A stretch of 64,000 bases of DNA from Candidatus Bathyarchaeota archaeon (GTDB taxonomy: Archaea; Thermoproteota; Bathyarchaeia; Bathyarchaeales; Bathycorpusculaceae): the NCBI GenBank assembly GCA_963772455.1, contig CAVYXJ010000013.1:1-64000 (forward strand). The letters are read 5' to 3'. The stretch's first letter is position 1; every line of letters starts with the position of its first letter. This document shows positions 30,258 through 40,121 of the stretch, piece by piece. The notes under the pieces are model-generated. The model saw only the letters and a program-made list of their open reading frames with translations, ran no database searches and was not told the origin of the DNA. The translations under genes were made by a program, and so were the position numbers.

Positions 30258-30971
30258 TTGTTTGCTGTAGGACATATGGCAATTGCCTACCTTTTAGGGA
30301 AAGGCTCATCAAAAGCGCTTCGAATTAATGTTAATGTACCTTTTTTGCTTGTTCTGTCCATACTGCCTGATGTTGATATTATTTTTGATTTTTTGATGGG
30401 ATCAGAATTGCATAGAGGTCCCACCCATTCGGTTGTGGTTGCCCTAATCGCTTTTCTACCCTTCTTTGTCATATACCGAAAAAAGGCAATTCCATATTTC
30501 TTGGGTTTGATTTCCCATCCACTAATAGGTGACTTCCTAACAGGTGGGAGGCTTCAACTTTTTTGGCCTTTTTCAACAGCAGAATATGGTCTTCACGAGT
30601 TGGGCTCATACTACATTAGCATTACCGACCCAGTGAATATAGCATTAGAGCTTAGCCTGTTTGCAGTAGCAACAATTATCTTATTCAAAAGCAGCGACTG
30701 GAAAGTTTTCTTCAAAAGCAACAAAACAAATCTAGTGCTAATTATTCCCATAGCCACAGTTTTACTACCCAGCACCATAGGTTATCCATTTAGTGCACCT
30801 TTGCTATTGACAGAGCCAATTTTAGCATTAGCACACTTATTCTATCTTGTGATCTTCAGTATTGCTATTCTAAAAACGCTCTTTTTCATGTATAGAAAAC
30901 GTTTTGAAAATGTCAAAAAAGAAAAACAGAGCGATGAATATTATTCAAATTCAGAGATCGATAGATCATAA
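30258..30971 (+). CDS. Metal-dependent membrane hydrolase (YdjM-like)
   Basis: GH..., LPDVD, HRGPTHS and SHPLIGD..WP motifs. Confidence 0.8.
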   Translation: MFAVGHMAIAYLLGKGSSKALRINVNVPFLLVLSILPDVDIIFDFLMGSELHRGPTHSVVVALIAFLPFFVIYRKKAIPYFLGLISHPLIGDFLTGGRLQLFWPFSTAEYGLHELGSYYISITDPVNIALELSLFAVATIILFKSSDWKVFFKSNKTNLVLIIPIATVLLPSTIGYPFSAPLLLTEPILALAHLFYLVIFSIAILKTLFFMYRKRFENVKKEKQSDEYYSNSEIDRS

Positions 30972-31143
30972 CATATCGCCAACATTTTTATTGACTTTAC
31001 TTTATCATTTTTGTTTCATGAGAATACTGGTTTTTTCCAACAATATTTATAACGAAAGCACTGCATTCAAACCTTCTAGCTAATGCTTAAATGTAAGGAA
31101 AAAATTTGAACTTGATCAGTTAAAATCTTTTGGTGAATGATCA

Positions 31144-32091
31144 ATGCCGTTAAAAACTTTAAAGACCGATGCGGCAGAGGCGTTAACTTTAGAATGGATT
31201 TTGCAAGCTAAAAATTACAAGTTGACTCTTGACAAGAATCGGTGTGTCGGTTGCCAAATATGTTCAGTGGCTTGTCCTAAAGATGCCATAAAAACCCAAA
31301 AACAACCTAAAATTAAGGGCGAAAAAGCAAAGAAAGCAAAAGTGGACATAGATTTGGCAAAATGTAACTTCTGTGGAATATGTGATGTAACCTGTCCTTA
31401 TGGAGCAATCAAAGTTGAATTAAATGGAGAACATAACCTCTCTATTTTGGCGAAAAACAGCTACCCCCAGCTTGTTCGGGGTATCTCTGTGGATACCCAT
31501 AAATGCGAAAAAGAATGTGTTGAATGCGAAACCGCTTGTCCGCTTTCACTTATAAAACTTAGAAAAGTTGGGTTTGATGGAAAACCGATCCAGGACATGG
31601 CTGTTTTATCTCCAAATGAAAAAAAACGTGTACAAGTCAACCTTGATATTCAAAAGAATTATTGTCCGACCTGCAAGTTATGCGAGGTCAAATGTAATCA
31701 AGGAGCATTAAAAGTCGATAAAACCTTCGAAGGCAAAATCTGTGTAAATCCAGAGAAATGTCCTGAAGGTTGCACAGACTGCTTAGACATTTGCCCAATT
31801 CCAGGCGCCCTAAATTTAAGTGAGGATAAGAAAATTCACGTTAATGAATTATTATGTACCTACTGTGGGGCATGCAAAAACGTTTGTCCGGTCGAGGACG
31901 CTCTAAGTGTTAAACGCACGAAAGTTAAGCACACACCAATCCATTCAGGCACTTGGAATAAAGCTTTAGAACGTATAACCAGCCCTGAGGATGCAATTAA
32001 AGAATTTAAATCGGAGGCTGCCGAGAGCAGACGTAAAGTTGTTGAGAAACGTTTCCTTTCTGAGGCACTTAAATCGGAGGAACCCAAATGA
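31144..32091 (+). CDS. Polyferredoxin (FwdF-like)
   Basis: About six CxxCxxCxxxCP-type clusters. Overlaps the hdrA start (ATGA). Confidence 0.85.
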   Translation: MPLKTLKTDAAEALTLEWILQAKNYKLTLDKNRCVGCQICSVACPKDAIKTQKQPKIKGEKAKKAKVDIDLAKCNFCGICDVTCPYGAIKVELNGEHNLSILAKNSYPQLVRGISVDTHKCEKECVECETACPLSLIKLRKVGFDGKPIQDMAVLSPNEKKRVQVNLDIQKNYCPTCKLCEVKCNQGALKVDKTFEGKICVNPEKCPEGCTDCLDICPIPGALNLSEDKKIHVNELLCTYCGACKNVCPVEDALSVKRTKVKHTPIHSGTWNKALERITSPEDAIKEFKSEAAESRRKVVEKRFLSEALKSEEPK

Positions 32092-34553
32092 GTAATTCAC
32101 ATACCTCATTAAATCAAGCTGACGCTTGTAATTGTACACCTGAACCTTTGCGAGTCGGCGTTTTCGTTTGCCACTGCGGCTTAAACATTGCAGGTACTGT
32201 TGATGTTAAGGCTGTAGCTGAATACGCTAAAACCATTCCTGACGTTGTTTTTGTTAAAGAAAACCGTTATACATGTGCGGACCCTGGGCAAGCAGAAATC
32301 CGTAAAGCTATCAAAGAACAAAACCTAAATCGAGTAGTTATCGCCGCATGTTCACCCAGAATGCACGAACCCACTTTTCGACGTACTGTTTCCGAAGCTG
32401 GTTTGAACCCATTCCTTTATGAAATGGCAAACATTCGAGAATTCGCTTCTTGGTGTCACCAAAGTGATCCTAAAGCAGCCACAGAACGGGCCAAAGACAG
32501 CGTACGTATGGCCGTTGCAAAAGTTCGTTTAATGCAATCGCTCCAAACAATCGAAGTTCCAGTCACTAACAAGGCACTTATAATCGGTGGTGGAATCGCA
32601 GGTATGAACACAGCCTTAGACCTTGCAGAAATGGGCTATAAAGTCTACATGCTTGAAAACTCTCAAAGCATTGGAGGGCACATGGCAGCATTAGATAAAA
32701 CCTTCCCAACCTTAGACTGCAGCATCTGCATTGAAGGACCAAAAATGGTGGATTGCGCACGCCACCCAAACATTACCATCTTTGCCAATTCAGAACTTGT
32801 GAAAGTCGATGGTTACATCGGCAACTTCAAAGTGAAAATACGTAAAAATCCAAGGTATGTCATTACAGAAAAATGTACGGGTTGCGGTGAATGCAAGGAA
32901 GCTTGCCCAATTGAGTACCCAAACGAATGGGACATGAACCTTGGTACACGCAAAGCAATTTCGGTACCTTTTGACCAGACAGTGCCACTTATTTATTCTA
33001 TCAACAAGGATTACTGTATCGAATGCTTCAAATGTACCGAAGCTTGCGGTGAACGTCAAGCAATTGACTTTAATCAGAAGGCTGAAGAAGTAGAATTTGA
33101 TGTTGGAGCAATTATTGTTTCGACAGGTTTTGACATTTACTTACCCTATGACATGCCGCTGCTTGGCTATGGGAAATACCCAAACGTCATCACAAGCATG
33201 GAGTTTGAACGACTCATATTAGCAGCTGGTCCAACAGGCGGTAAAGTCATCCGCCAATCAGACGGCCAAAAACCGCACAAAATAGTTTTTATCCAATGCG
33301 TCGGGAGCAGAGACAAAAGCAAGTACCCGTACTGTTGCAATTTTGGCTGTATGTACACGCTCAAACATGTAGTTCAGCTTAAAGAGAAGTACAAAGAAGA
33401 CATCGAAGTCTACGTTTTCTACATGGATATTCGAAGCCCAGGCAAAGGCTATGAGGAATTCTATGACCGTGCACGAGAAAGAGGAGTAAACTTTATTCGT
33501 GGAAGAGTAAGCCGCATTGACGAAGATCCAAAAACCCATAATCTTACTGTCCATTCAGAAGACTCACTTCTAGGCTCTCCAATCGAAATCGATGCAGACA
33601 TGGTTGTGCTTGCAACTGCCGCCATACCTAAAAAAGGCTCAGAAGAAATAGCACGAATACTCAACTTATCCCGGGGCTCAGACGGGTTCTTCATGGAGGC
33701 TCACCCTAAATTAAAACCAATGGATGCACCAACTGACGGTGTTTTCTATGCAGGAGCATGCGTTGGTTTAAAAGATATTCCTGCTAGCGTATCCCAAGGT
33801 AGCGGTGCGGCAGCAAGAGCAGCCACAGTTATCAGCAAATCCAAATGGAAAATTGAACCAATAATCTCAACCGTAGATGAAACAAAATGCAGAAACAAAA
33901 CCGCCAAATGCGGCGTCTGTCAAGACAAATGCCCATATGGAGCTATTCGCATTGAACCAGGCAAGCCAGCGCAAATAATTACTGCTAGTTGTCACGGCTG
34001 CGGAACATGCGTTGCAGAATGCCCCCAACGTGCCATTACACAAATGCATTTCACAGAAGCCCAAATAATGGCTCAAATCCGAGCTGCACTTGAGGATAAA
34101 CCAGAAGAAAAAATACTTGCTATTCTCTGCAATTGGTGTAGTTATGCAGGCGCAGACCTTGCAGGCATTAGCCGATGTGATTATCCAGCGAGCGTACGAG
34201 CTATCCGTGTTATGTGCAGCGGTAGGGTTGCTCGTGAATTCGTCCTCGAAGCTTTTAGACTTGGTGCAGGCACTGTTTTGATAGGTGCATGTCACTTACC
34301 CTATGACTGCCATTATATCAGTGGAAACTATAAGATGAAAGCCCGAACTGACGCACTCAAAGGTATGCTTACAAAACTTGGAATGAGCCCAGAACGGTTC
34401 CGAGTGGAATATGTTTCAGCGGCAGAAGGTATACATTACGCTGAGGTAATCAAAGAAATAGATGCTGACATGAAGGCGTTGGGCAAAGAAAAAATTGAAG
34501 CAGAAAATTCGAAGCTTAAACCAGTTTTGGAGAACATGCTAAAGCGAAAATAA
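32088..34553 (+). CDS. hdrA: Heterodisulfide reductase subunit A fused to C-terminal MvhD (hydrogenase delta) domain
   Basis: VFVCHCG, ACSP, NIRE, GGGIAG, KTFPTLDC, QCVGSR and ferredoxin motifs. C-terminal CNWCSYAGAD..RVMCSGR..DCHY..GN (MvhD). Confidence 0.92.
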   Translation: MSNSHTSLNQADACNCTPEPLRVGVFVCHCGLNIAGTVDVKAVAEYAKTIPDVVFVKENRYTCADPGQAEIRKAIKEQNLNRVVIAACSPRMHEPTFRRTVSEAGLNPFLYEMANIREFASWCHQSDPKAATERAKDSVRMAVAKVRLMQSLQTIEVPVTNKALIIGGGIAGMNTALDLAEMGYKVYMLENSQSIGGHMAALDKTFPTLDCSICIEGPKMVDCARHPNITIFANSELVKVDGYIGNFKVKIRKNPRYVITEKCTGCGECKEACPIEYPNEWDMNLGTRKAISVPFDQTVPLIYSINKDYCIECFKCTEACGERQAIDFNQKAEEVEFDVGAIIVSTGFDIYLPYDMPLLGYGKYPNVITSMEFERLILAAGPTGGKVIRQSDGQKPHKIVFIQCVGSRDKSKYPYCCNFGCMYTLKHVVQLKEKYKEDIEVYVFYMDIRSPGKGYEEFYDRARERGVNFIRGRVSRIDEDPKTHNLTVHSEDSLLGSPIEIDADMVVLATAAIPKKGSEEIARILNLSRGSDGFFMEAHPKLKPMDAPTDGVFYAGACVGLKDIPASVSQGSGAAARAATVISKSKWKIEPIISTVDETKCRNKTAKCGVCQDKCPYGAIRIEPGKPAQIITASCHGCGTCVAECPQRAITQMHFTEAQIMAQIRAALEDKPEEKILAILCNWCSYAGADLAGISRCDYPASVRAIRVMCSGRVAREFVLEAFRLGAGTVLIGACHLPYDCHYISGNYKMKARTDALKGMLTKLGMSPERFRVEYVSAAEGIHYAEVIKEIDADMKALGKEKIEAENSKLKPVLENMLKRK

Positions 34554-34660
34554 AATTAACTTTTTATTTTTCCAAACTTTTTTTAATTCGAAAAACTGAA
34601 TGGATTAAAAGATTTTTTTAACACTGCTTGCTTCAAATAAATAATGGAGACCATAATACA

Positions 34661-34834
34661 CTAACGTGTTTTTTTGAACCATGCTATTCCAATGATTGCT
34701 ACGGTTATTGATATCAGGGCTGCAATAGGGTTAATGGTTTCTATTGCTGAGTAAGATGTTATCAATAACGTCATCAAAGCAATGGAGAAAACCAGAATTG
34801 CTGTTGTTCCAATGGCTAAGTTTTTGTGACTCAT
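34661..34834 (-). CDS. Small two-TM membrane protein, 57 aa (below track cutoff)
   Basis: MSHKNLAIGTTAILVFSIALMTLLITSYSAIETINPIAALISITVAIIGIAWFKKTR*. Confidence 0.5.
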   Translation of the reverse strand: MSHKNLAIGTTAILVFSIALMTLLITSYSAIETINPIAALISITVAIIGIAWFKKTR

Positions 34835-34973
34835 CCTTTAACAATCCTTTCATGTTATAGTCAAGGGTTGTTTTGATTTAATGCTAAGCTCTGGAACAAT
34901 CTGTTCAGGGATTAGGACAGTGTATTAATGACTAAACTAAAAATAAAAATTATTTATTTTGGTAAAAAAGCGT

Positions 34974-35255
34974 TTAATCTTCTTCTTCGTCAAGTTTTCT
35001 TTCTTTAATTTTTAATGCCTCTTCGTCACCTATAACTTTGAAAGTTTCAGATAGCTCGTGTTTGTGCAGAAATTTCTTAACGATTATGCGGACATATTTT
35101 TTTGCGAGTGCTTCGCCTTCGCCTTTGACAGTTACCGTCTTTGAGTCTGTAGATACGTCTCCACCTGTTTTTTCTTTGAGGAAATCTGCAAGTTTCTCGA
35201 TTAGTTTGCTTTCGTCGCCTTTAAGCTCTGAAGCATCAACTTTCATTTCAACCAT
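34974..35255 (-). CDS. rpl22e: Ribosomal protein eL22 (L22e)-like
   Basis: LADFLKEK..VTV..AKKYVRIIVKKFLHKHELSETFKVI aligns by eye with eL22 'SKRYLKYLTKKYLKK..LRDWLRVV'. Acidic tail; GAGGTGA SD. Confidence 0.7.
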   Translation of the reverse strand: MVEMKVDASELKGDESKLIEKLADFLKEKTGGDVSTDSKTVTVKGEGEALAKKYVRIIVKKFLHKHELSETFKVIGDEEALKIKERKLDEEED

Positions 35256-35381
35256 TTATTGTTCACCTCGATTCTTGTTACGCCAATTAACTGATGATTT
35301 AGCTTACTTTCTCATGGCTACTCTATTGATAAGTTTTCCGCTTGAACTTTTGTCAGTTCGCCCGTCGAGTCCATCTCACTG

Positions 35382-35439
35382 CTTAAGCTCAGACTCTAGT
35401 GCTCATCATCCAAGCATAACTTGAACATCAGAGCTTAAG
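35382..35439 (-). ncRNA. Probable box C/D sRNA
   Basis: The minus strand reads CTTAAGC TC TGATGT (C-like), TCAAGTTATG, CTTG/TGGA (D'-like), ATGATGA (C'), GCACTAGAGT, CTGA (D), GCTTAAG. It has a 7-bp terminal stem, ~10-nt guides and a total length of ~58 nt. Confidence 0.62.
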
Positions 35440-35681
35440 ACTGTTACGCCTGCAAAACCATTTTTTGTAAAATAGACTATTTTTTGCTCAACCAAATCTT
35501 TAGGCATTTTCTAGGTTACAGGTTATTGTTTTTGGTATTATGGTAACATTTAAAAGGGTCTTTAGCATACATCTTTGAACTTCAATGGTTGAATGTACAT
35601 GTGTGAATCGGTAGAACGCCAGTTCAGCAAACATGTGTACGATGGTCGTTGAAAAATCATAATAACAAAGGAGGAAAAGAA

Positions 35682-35807
35682 ATGTTATCACGAGATTGCG
35701 ACGGATGTTCCCAAATGAAACCGTGCAGTAAACGATTCGATATCGCTGAGAAAGGTAATTGTGTTTACTGCCCAGATGGAACAGCTCATTTAATTGACGG
35801 TTCCTAA
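35682..35807 (+). CDS. Putative 41-aa Cys-rich metal-binding microprotein (not in ORF track)
   Basis: GGAGG SD at ~35670. Sequence MLSRDCDGCSQMKPCSKRFDIAEKGNCVYCPDGTAHLIDGS*. Confidence 0.55.
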   Translation: MLSRDCDGCSQMKPCSKRFDIAEKGNCVYCPDGTAHLIDGS

Positions 35808-36146
35808 GAAACAATGAAAAGTTGTTAATTTTAGGCAAATTGTTTTTTCCTATTTTCTTTTTATTTTTTTTATTTGGTTATGCCATTTTAATAATTGAGG
35901 CTTTCTAAATCTTCTTAATTTCGAAGGATTTCCGCGAAATTAGCTTCTTTTTCAGGTATTATGCCCTTTTTTGAAACTTTCAACAGTCTCTTGTAGCCTT
36001 TGGTTTGGTGTTTTCTGTTCTCGAAAAATACACTATGAGGTATTCAAGGTTCAAATTAGCTCTGTTTCTGTTAATAGTATCTTACTCTGTAGATTATGTG
36101 GTAAGTTTAAAAGTTCAAGAAAGCAGTATTCTTGAGAGCCAAAAAC

Positions 36147-37919
36147 ATGGATTACGTTATAATCGCTGACTCTTACGAGAAAATAGAAGCAACCACCAAA
36201 CGCTTAGAAATGACTGATTTGCTTGTTGAATTACTTAAGAAAACACCCAAAGATGTCATCGCTAAAGTTGTTTATTTAACTCAGGGCAAATTGTACCCTG
36301 ACTTTATGGGAATAGAAATGGGCGTGGCGGAGAAACTTGCCGTAAAAGCTCTATCCCGTGCGTCGGGGCAAAGTGAAAGTTTAATTCAAGCTGAGTTACA
36401 GACAAGCGGCGACATCGGTCAAACCTCAGAAAAACAATTAACCAAACGCAAACAATCAACTTTCTTTACAAAAAAACTCACTGTAGAAAGGGTTTATGAA
36501 ACCCTTGACAAACTTGCCACAACCTCTGGCAGCGGAGCGGTAGACACAAAAATGGCACTTCTATGCGGGCTCTTAACTGATGCCTCACCTAAAGAAGCAA
36601 AATGGATCATCCGCACGGTAACAGGCAACTTACGTTTGGGCATAGCTGACATGTCGGTGTTAGATGCTTTGGCGATTGCTTACGGCGGCGGAAAAGAAGC
36701 TCGCGAACTCATCGAACGCGCCTATAACATCTCCTCAGATTTAGGTAGAGTCGCAAATATAGTTGTTGAAAAAGGGGTAGAAGGTATAAAAGAGTTTCAA
36801 GTTATGGTTTTTGAACCAATCCGCCCCATGCTTGCCGAGAGGCTTGGAGCACCCGAGGAAATCTTGGAGAAATTCAGCGGCAAATGCGTTGCTGAGTATA
36901 AGTACGATGGCGAACGAATTCAAGCACACAAGAAAGATGGCAAAGTGGTGTTGTACTCCAGACGTTTAGAGAATATTTCTGAACAATACCCAGATGCTGT
37001 TGATTTAATCAAGGAAAAAATAACGGCAAATGAAGCAATTTTAGAAGCCGAATGTGTTGCGATGGATTTGGAAACAGGTGATATGCGCCCCTTCCAGGAA
37101 CTTATGCACCGCCGACGCAAATATGGCGTGGAAGCAGCCATCAAAGATTATCCGATTTCGCTTTTTGCATTCGACGCGCTGTATGTTGACGGTAAAGACT
37201 TAACCCTTGATTCATTCCCCCATAGGCGTAAAGCGTTGGAAAAAATCATTAAGCAAAACGATCGCATGAAGCCCGCCACCCAGAAACTAGTCGGAAGTCC
37301 TAAAGAACTGGAGGATTTCTTCGAACAAGCCATCGCGGATGGTTGTGAAGGTTTAATGTGCAAATCCGTTGCCAAAGACTCAGTTTACCAGGCGGGAAGT
37401 CGCGGTTGGCTCTGGATAAAACTGAAACGCGACTACCGAAGCGAAATGACTGACACTGTGGATCTAGTTGTCGTTGGGGCATTTCACGGTAGAGGCAAGC
37501 GAGTTGGAGCATACGGTGCTCTGCTTTTAGCCACTTATAACGATGAAAACGACACTTTCGAAACCGTTACTAAATGTGGTACTGGCTTTACCGACAAAGA
37601 CCTATCTACGCTTCATGAAATGCTTCAGAAACATTTGGTTCCACGGAAGAACAGTCGTGTTCAATCTATGTTGGAAGCAGATGTGTGGTTTGAGCCAGCT
37701 GTGGTCCTGGATGTTTTAGGTGCCGAAGTTACCTTGAGCCCTATTCACCTGTGCGCTATGAACTCAATTCGTAAGGGTGCAGGCTTAGCTATCCGTTTCC
37801 CTCGTTTCACGGGCAAATATCGAATTGACAAGGCAGCCGAAGACGCAACAACCTCTAAAGAAATCGTGGAAATATATAGTGCGCAATTGAAAAAAATCGG
37901 TGATTCGCCAAAAAGCTAA
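36147..37919 (+). CDS. lig: ATP-dependent DNA ligase
   Basis: EYKYDGER, EGLMCK, WIKLKRDY and RFPRF motifs. Confidence 0.95.
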   Translation: MDYVIIADSYEKIEATTKRLEMTDLLVELLKKTPKDVIAKVVYLTQGKLYPDFMGIEMGVAEKLAVKALSRASGQSESLIQAELQTSGDIGQTSEKQLTKRKQSTFFTKKLTVERVYETLDKLATTSGSGAVDTKMALLCGLLTDASPKEAKWIIRTVTGNLRLGIADMSVLDALAIAYGGGKEARELIERAYNISSDLGRVANIVVEKGVEGIKEFQVMVFEPIRPMLAERLGAPEEILEKFSGKCVAEYKYDGERIQAHKKDGKVVLYSRRLENISEQYPDAVDLIKEKITANEAILEAECVAMDLETGDMRPFQELMHRRRKYGVEAAIKDYPISLFAFDALYVDGKDLTLDSFPHRRKALEKIIKQNDRMKPATQKLVGSPKELEDFFEQAIADGCEGLMCKSVAKDSVYQAGSRGWLWIKLKRDYRSEMTDTVDLVVVGAFHGRGKRVGAYGALLLATYNDENDTFETVTKCGTGFTDKDLSTLHEMLQKHLVPRKNSRVQSMLEADVWFEPAVVLDVLGAEVTLSPIHLCAMNSIRKGAGLAIRFPRFTGKYRIDKAAEDATTSKEIVEIYSAQLKKIGDSPKS

Positions 37920-37966
37920 AACTGATAAGTACCTATTGCGCCTAAATAGCTGGGAGTGCGTTTGGT

Positions 37967-38584
37967 TTGTCTCAAGATTCAGAAAAATTGAAATCAATTA
38001 TTGCTCTTAAAAAAAGGCTTGAAGAGCAGTTAGAGAAATTAGAGGTTGAAACCAAAGAGGTTCAAGATACTCTTGATACAGTTAATCAGATTCTCCTTGA
38101 AAAAGGCTTCAAACGCGGAGATATAAAAGAAGTTGTTTCCCAATCGTCTATACCTAAAGAAGTTGTTCTGCCAAAGCTTGAACCAGAAGGGCCAAAAAAT
38201 GAACCAGTCAACCAACATTCGGAACCAGAAAGCGTTATACCTTTAAAAACTATGAATGACGAACCCTTGGCGCTCATGTACTTTGAAAAACAATCTATCC
38301 ACGTACTGCCTGACGAATCCAAAAAATTCAGCGTTAATACGCCTCCATTCATTAATTTTCTGGTCGAGAAAGTTTTCGCTAAAATGCAGGAAAAAGATAA
38401 AGAACTTGTCAGGTTAGGGCAATTATCAACTGATAAAATGTTTTCTTATAATATAGTTCGTGAAGGCGACTTAATTCGAGAAATAATAATTAAAAATGCT
38501 GACGATGAGCGTTTAAAAGAGCTTAAATCAAGTATCCGTTGGACTTTTGAGAAAATGTATGAAAAAATAAAGAGTGGCATCTAA
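37967..38584 (+). CDS. Hypothetical protein (N-terminal coiled coil)
   Basis: 205-aa ORF following lig. No family recognised. Confidence 0.65.
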   Translation: MSQDSEKLKSIIALKKRLEEQLEKLEVETKEVQDTLDTVNQILLEKGFKRGDIKEVVSQSSIPKEVVLPKLEPEGPKNEPVNQHSEPESVIPLKTMNDEPLALMYFEKQSIHVLPDESKKFSVNTPPFINFLVEKVFAKMQEKDKELVRLGQLSTDKMFSYNIVREGDLIREIIIKNADDERLKELKSSIRWTFEKMYEKIKSGI

Positions 38585-38586
38585 AA

Positions 38587-38913
38587 CTACATTAAATGTT
38601 TCTGTAGTGTATCGCCAATTTTATTCTTGGGGCATAAACCAACTAGTCTTTCTGCTTCTTTTCCGTCTTTGAAAACTATCATTGTGGGTATGCTGAAAAC
38701 TTGGAATTTTTCTGCTGTGGCAGGATTTTCGTCAACGTCAAGTTTGCCGATTAAAGCTTTGCCACTATACTCTTTTGCGAGTTCCACGATGGTTGGAGCT
38801 AAAGCTCGACATGGTCCACACCAGTTAGCCCAGAAATCAACAAAAAACAATTTGTTTTTTTTGAGTGTTTCTTCAAAATTTGAGTCGGTTACATGAAAAG
38901 GTTCAGTGCTCAT
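38587..38913 (-). CDS. trxA: Thioredoxin
   Basis: VDFWANWCGPC, KLDVDEN and SIPT motifs. Confidence 0.93.
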   Translation of the reverse strand: MSTEPFHVTDSNFEETLKKNKLFFVDFWANWCGPCRALAPTIVELAKEYSGKALIGKLDVDENPATAEKFQVFSIPTMIVFKDGKEAERLVGLCPKNKIGDTLQKHLM

Positions 38914-38983
38914 TTTAACTTACTCCATTAATAACTAATAGAAACTAGTAAATTGTTTGATATAAACCGTTCGTGACTTAAAA

Positions 38984-39415
38984 TCATCTGCAGGACTTCA
39001 TTTTTTCAAGTAAAGCTTTGAATGTATCATACGATTCATTAGGGTTGGAAATGTCAGCTGCGACTTTTTCGAAGGGGCAAACATTTGCTTTATCAAAGTC
39101 AAGAACGTTGTCGATGATTTCTTTCCACGAAAACATTATTTTGTTTTCTTCAAAAATTATCTGAGCTTTTTTGCTTAAAACTTCTGCGTAAACTTGATTT
39201 ATTCCAGCGTAAACACACAACAAAGCTATTGCTTTTCCAGCTACTCGATCAGCCACTGAGGCACCTCTTAGTTGGATTCCAAATTTTTCTATTGCTCCGA
39301 TGAAACCGGAAATTCTGTGAGAATCAGTCTGGAAAATAATTATGCCATTCTTAACTATAGCAAGTGTTAGATTTTTGTTATACAGTTGGTTTTTAGCTAT
39401 TTCAACGTCCTGCAT
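38984..39415 (-). CDS. DUF1893 (TM1506-like) protein
   Basis: VADRVAGKAIALL..VYAEVLS..CPFE. Confidence 0.78.
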   Translation of the reverse strand: MQDVEIAKNQLYNKNLTLAIVKNGIIIFQTDSHRISGFIGAIEKFGIQLRGASVADRVAGKAIALLCVYAGINQVYAEVLSKKAQIIFEENKIMFSWKEIIDNVLDFDKANVCPFEKVAADISNPNESYDTFKALLEKMKSCR

Positions 39416-39544
39416 GATTCTCAACCAATTCAACTCGTGGCAGCTAAAAACACTATTGGTATTAAGTTAAAATGTACAAACCTTTTTTCTGCGAATCGAG
39501 GATTTTTTCACGTTTCAGTTTAAAGACACTTGTCTGGCTGTTTA

Positions 39545-39841
39545 TCAGCTTCTAAATATTCTTGATCCATTAAATATAGAATTTTCATCGTTTAAACCAA
39601 AATAGTCACATAACATTTGTCCTTTTTTTGTGATAGAATATTCTACCTTTGGACCAATTGTTTCTTCATTTATTAAATCTAATTCAATTAGAAAATTGAA
39701 GAAATCTTTTGAAGGAGGTGAGCTAAGTCCTGCTTTGCGCATTATTTGTTGTTGACCCAATGAATCCCCCCGGTCTAAAACCTTGATTATTTTAAGGTAC
39801 ATTTCCATTTTAGATTGTCCCAAGGTATGTGCGCCTTTCAT
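39545..39841 (-). CDS. Small winged-helix protein
   Basis: SKMEMYLKIIKVL..IMRKAGLS..YSITKKG. Confidence 0.65.
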   Translation of the reverse strand: MKGAHTLGQSKMEMYLKIIKVLDRGDSLGQQQIMRKAGLSSPPSKDFFNFLIELDLINEETIGPKVEYSITKKGQMLCDYFGLNDENSIFNGSRIFRS

Positions 39842-40121
39842 TAAAAAAACTGAATGTTTTAACTATTAAGGCTTTCGACTTAAGACAGTTATCACGAGAG
39901 ACGAAAGAAGTTACGTTCTAAAAATTATGAATGTCGATAAGGCTCAAAAGTTGCTTTTTCAAATTTTGATTTAGTAACCCTATAAGTAAAGAATCTTTGT
40001 TTGGGGCGTTTTCATTCTTATGTTGCTTTCTTATTCGTGGCTTTGTCCATCTTAGAGTTTGAAGTTTAAAGAATTATTAAATTCAATCTGAATCGGCAAA
40101 AATTGCAATCAATTGACAAAG

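Noticed and set aside
35500-35838. 112-aa minus-strand ORF
   Set aside because: No recognisable composition or SD. It overlaps the better-supported + strand Cys-rich microprotein.
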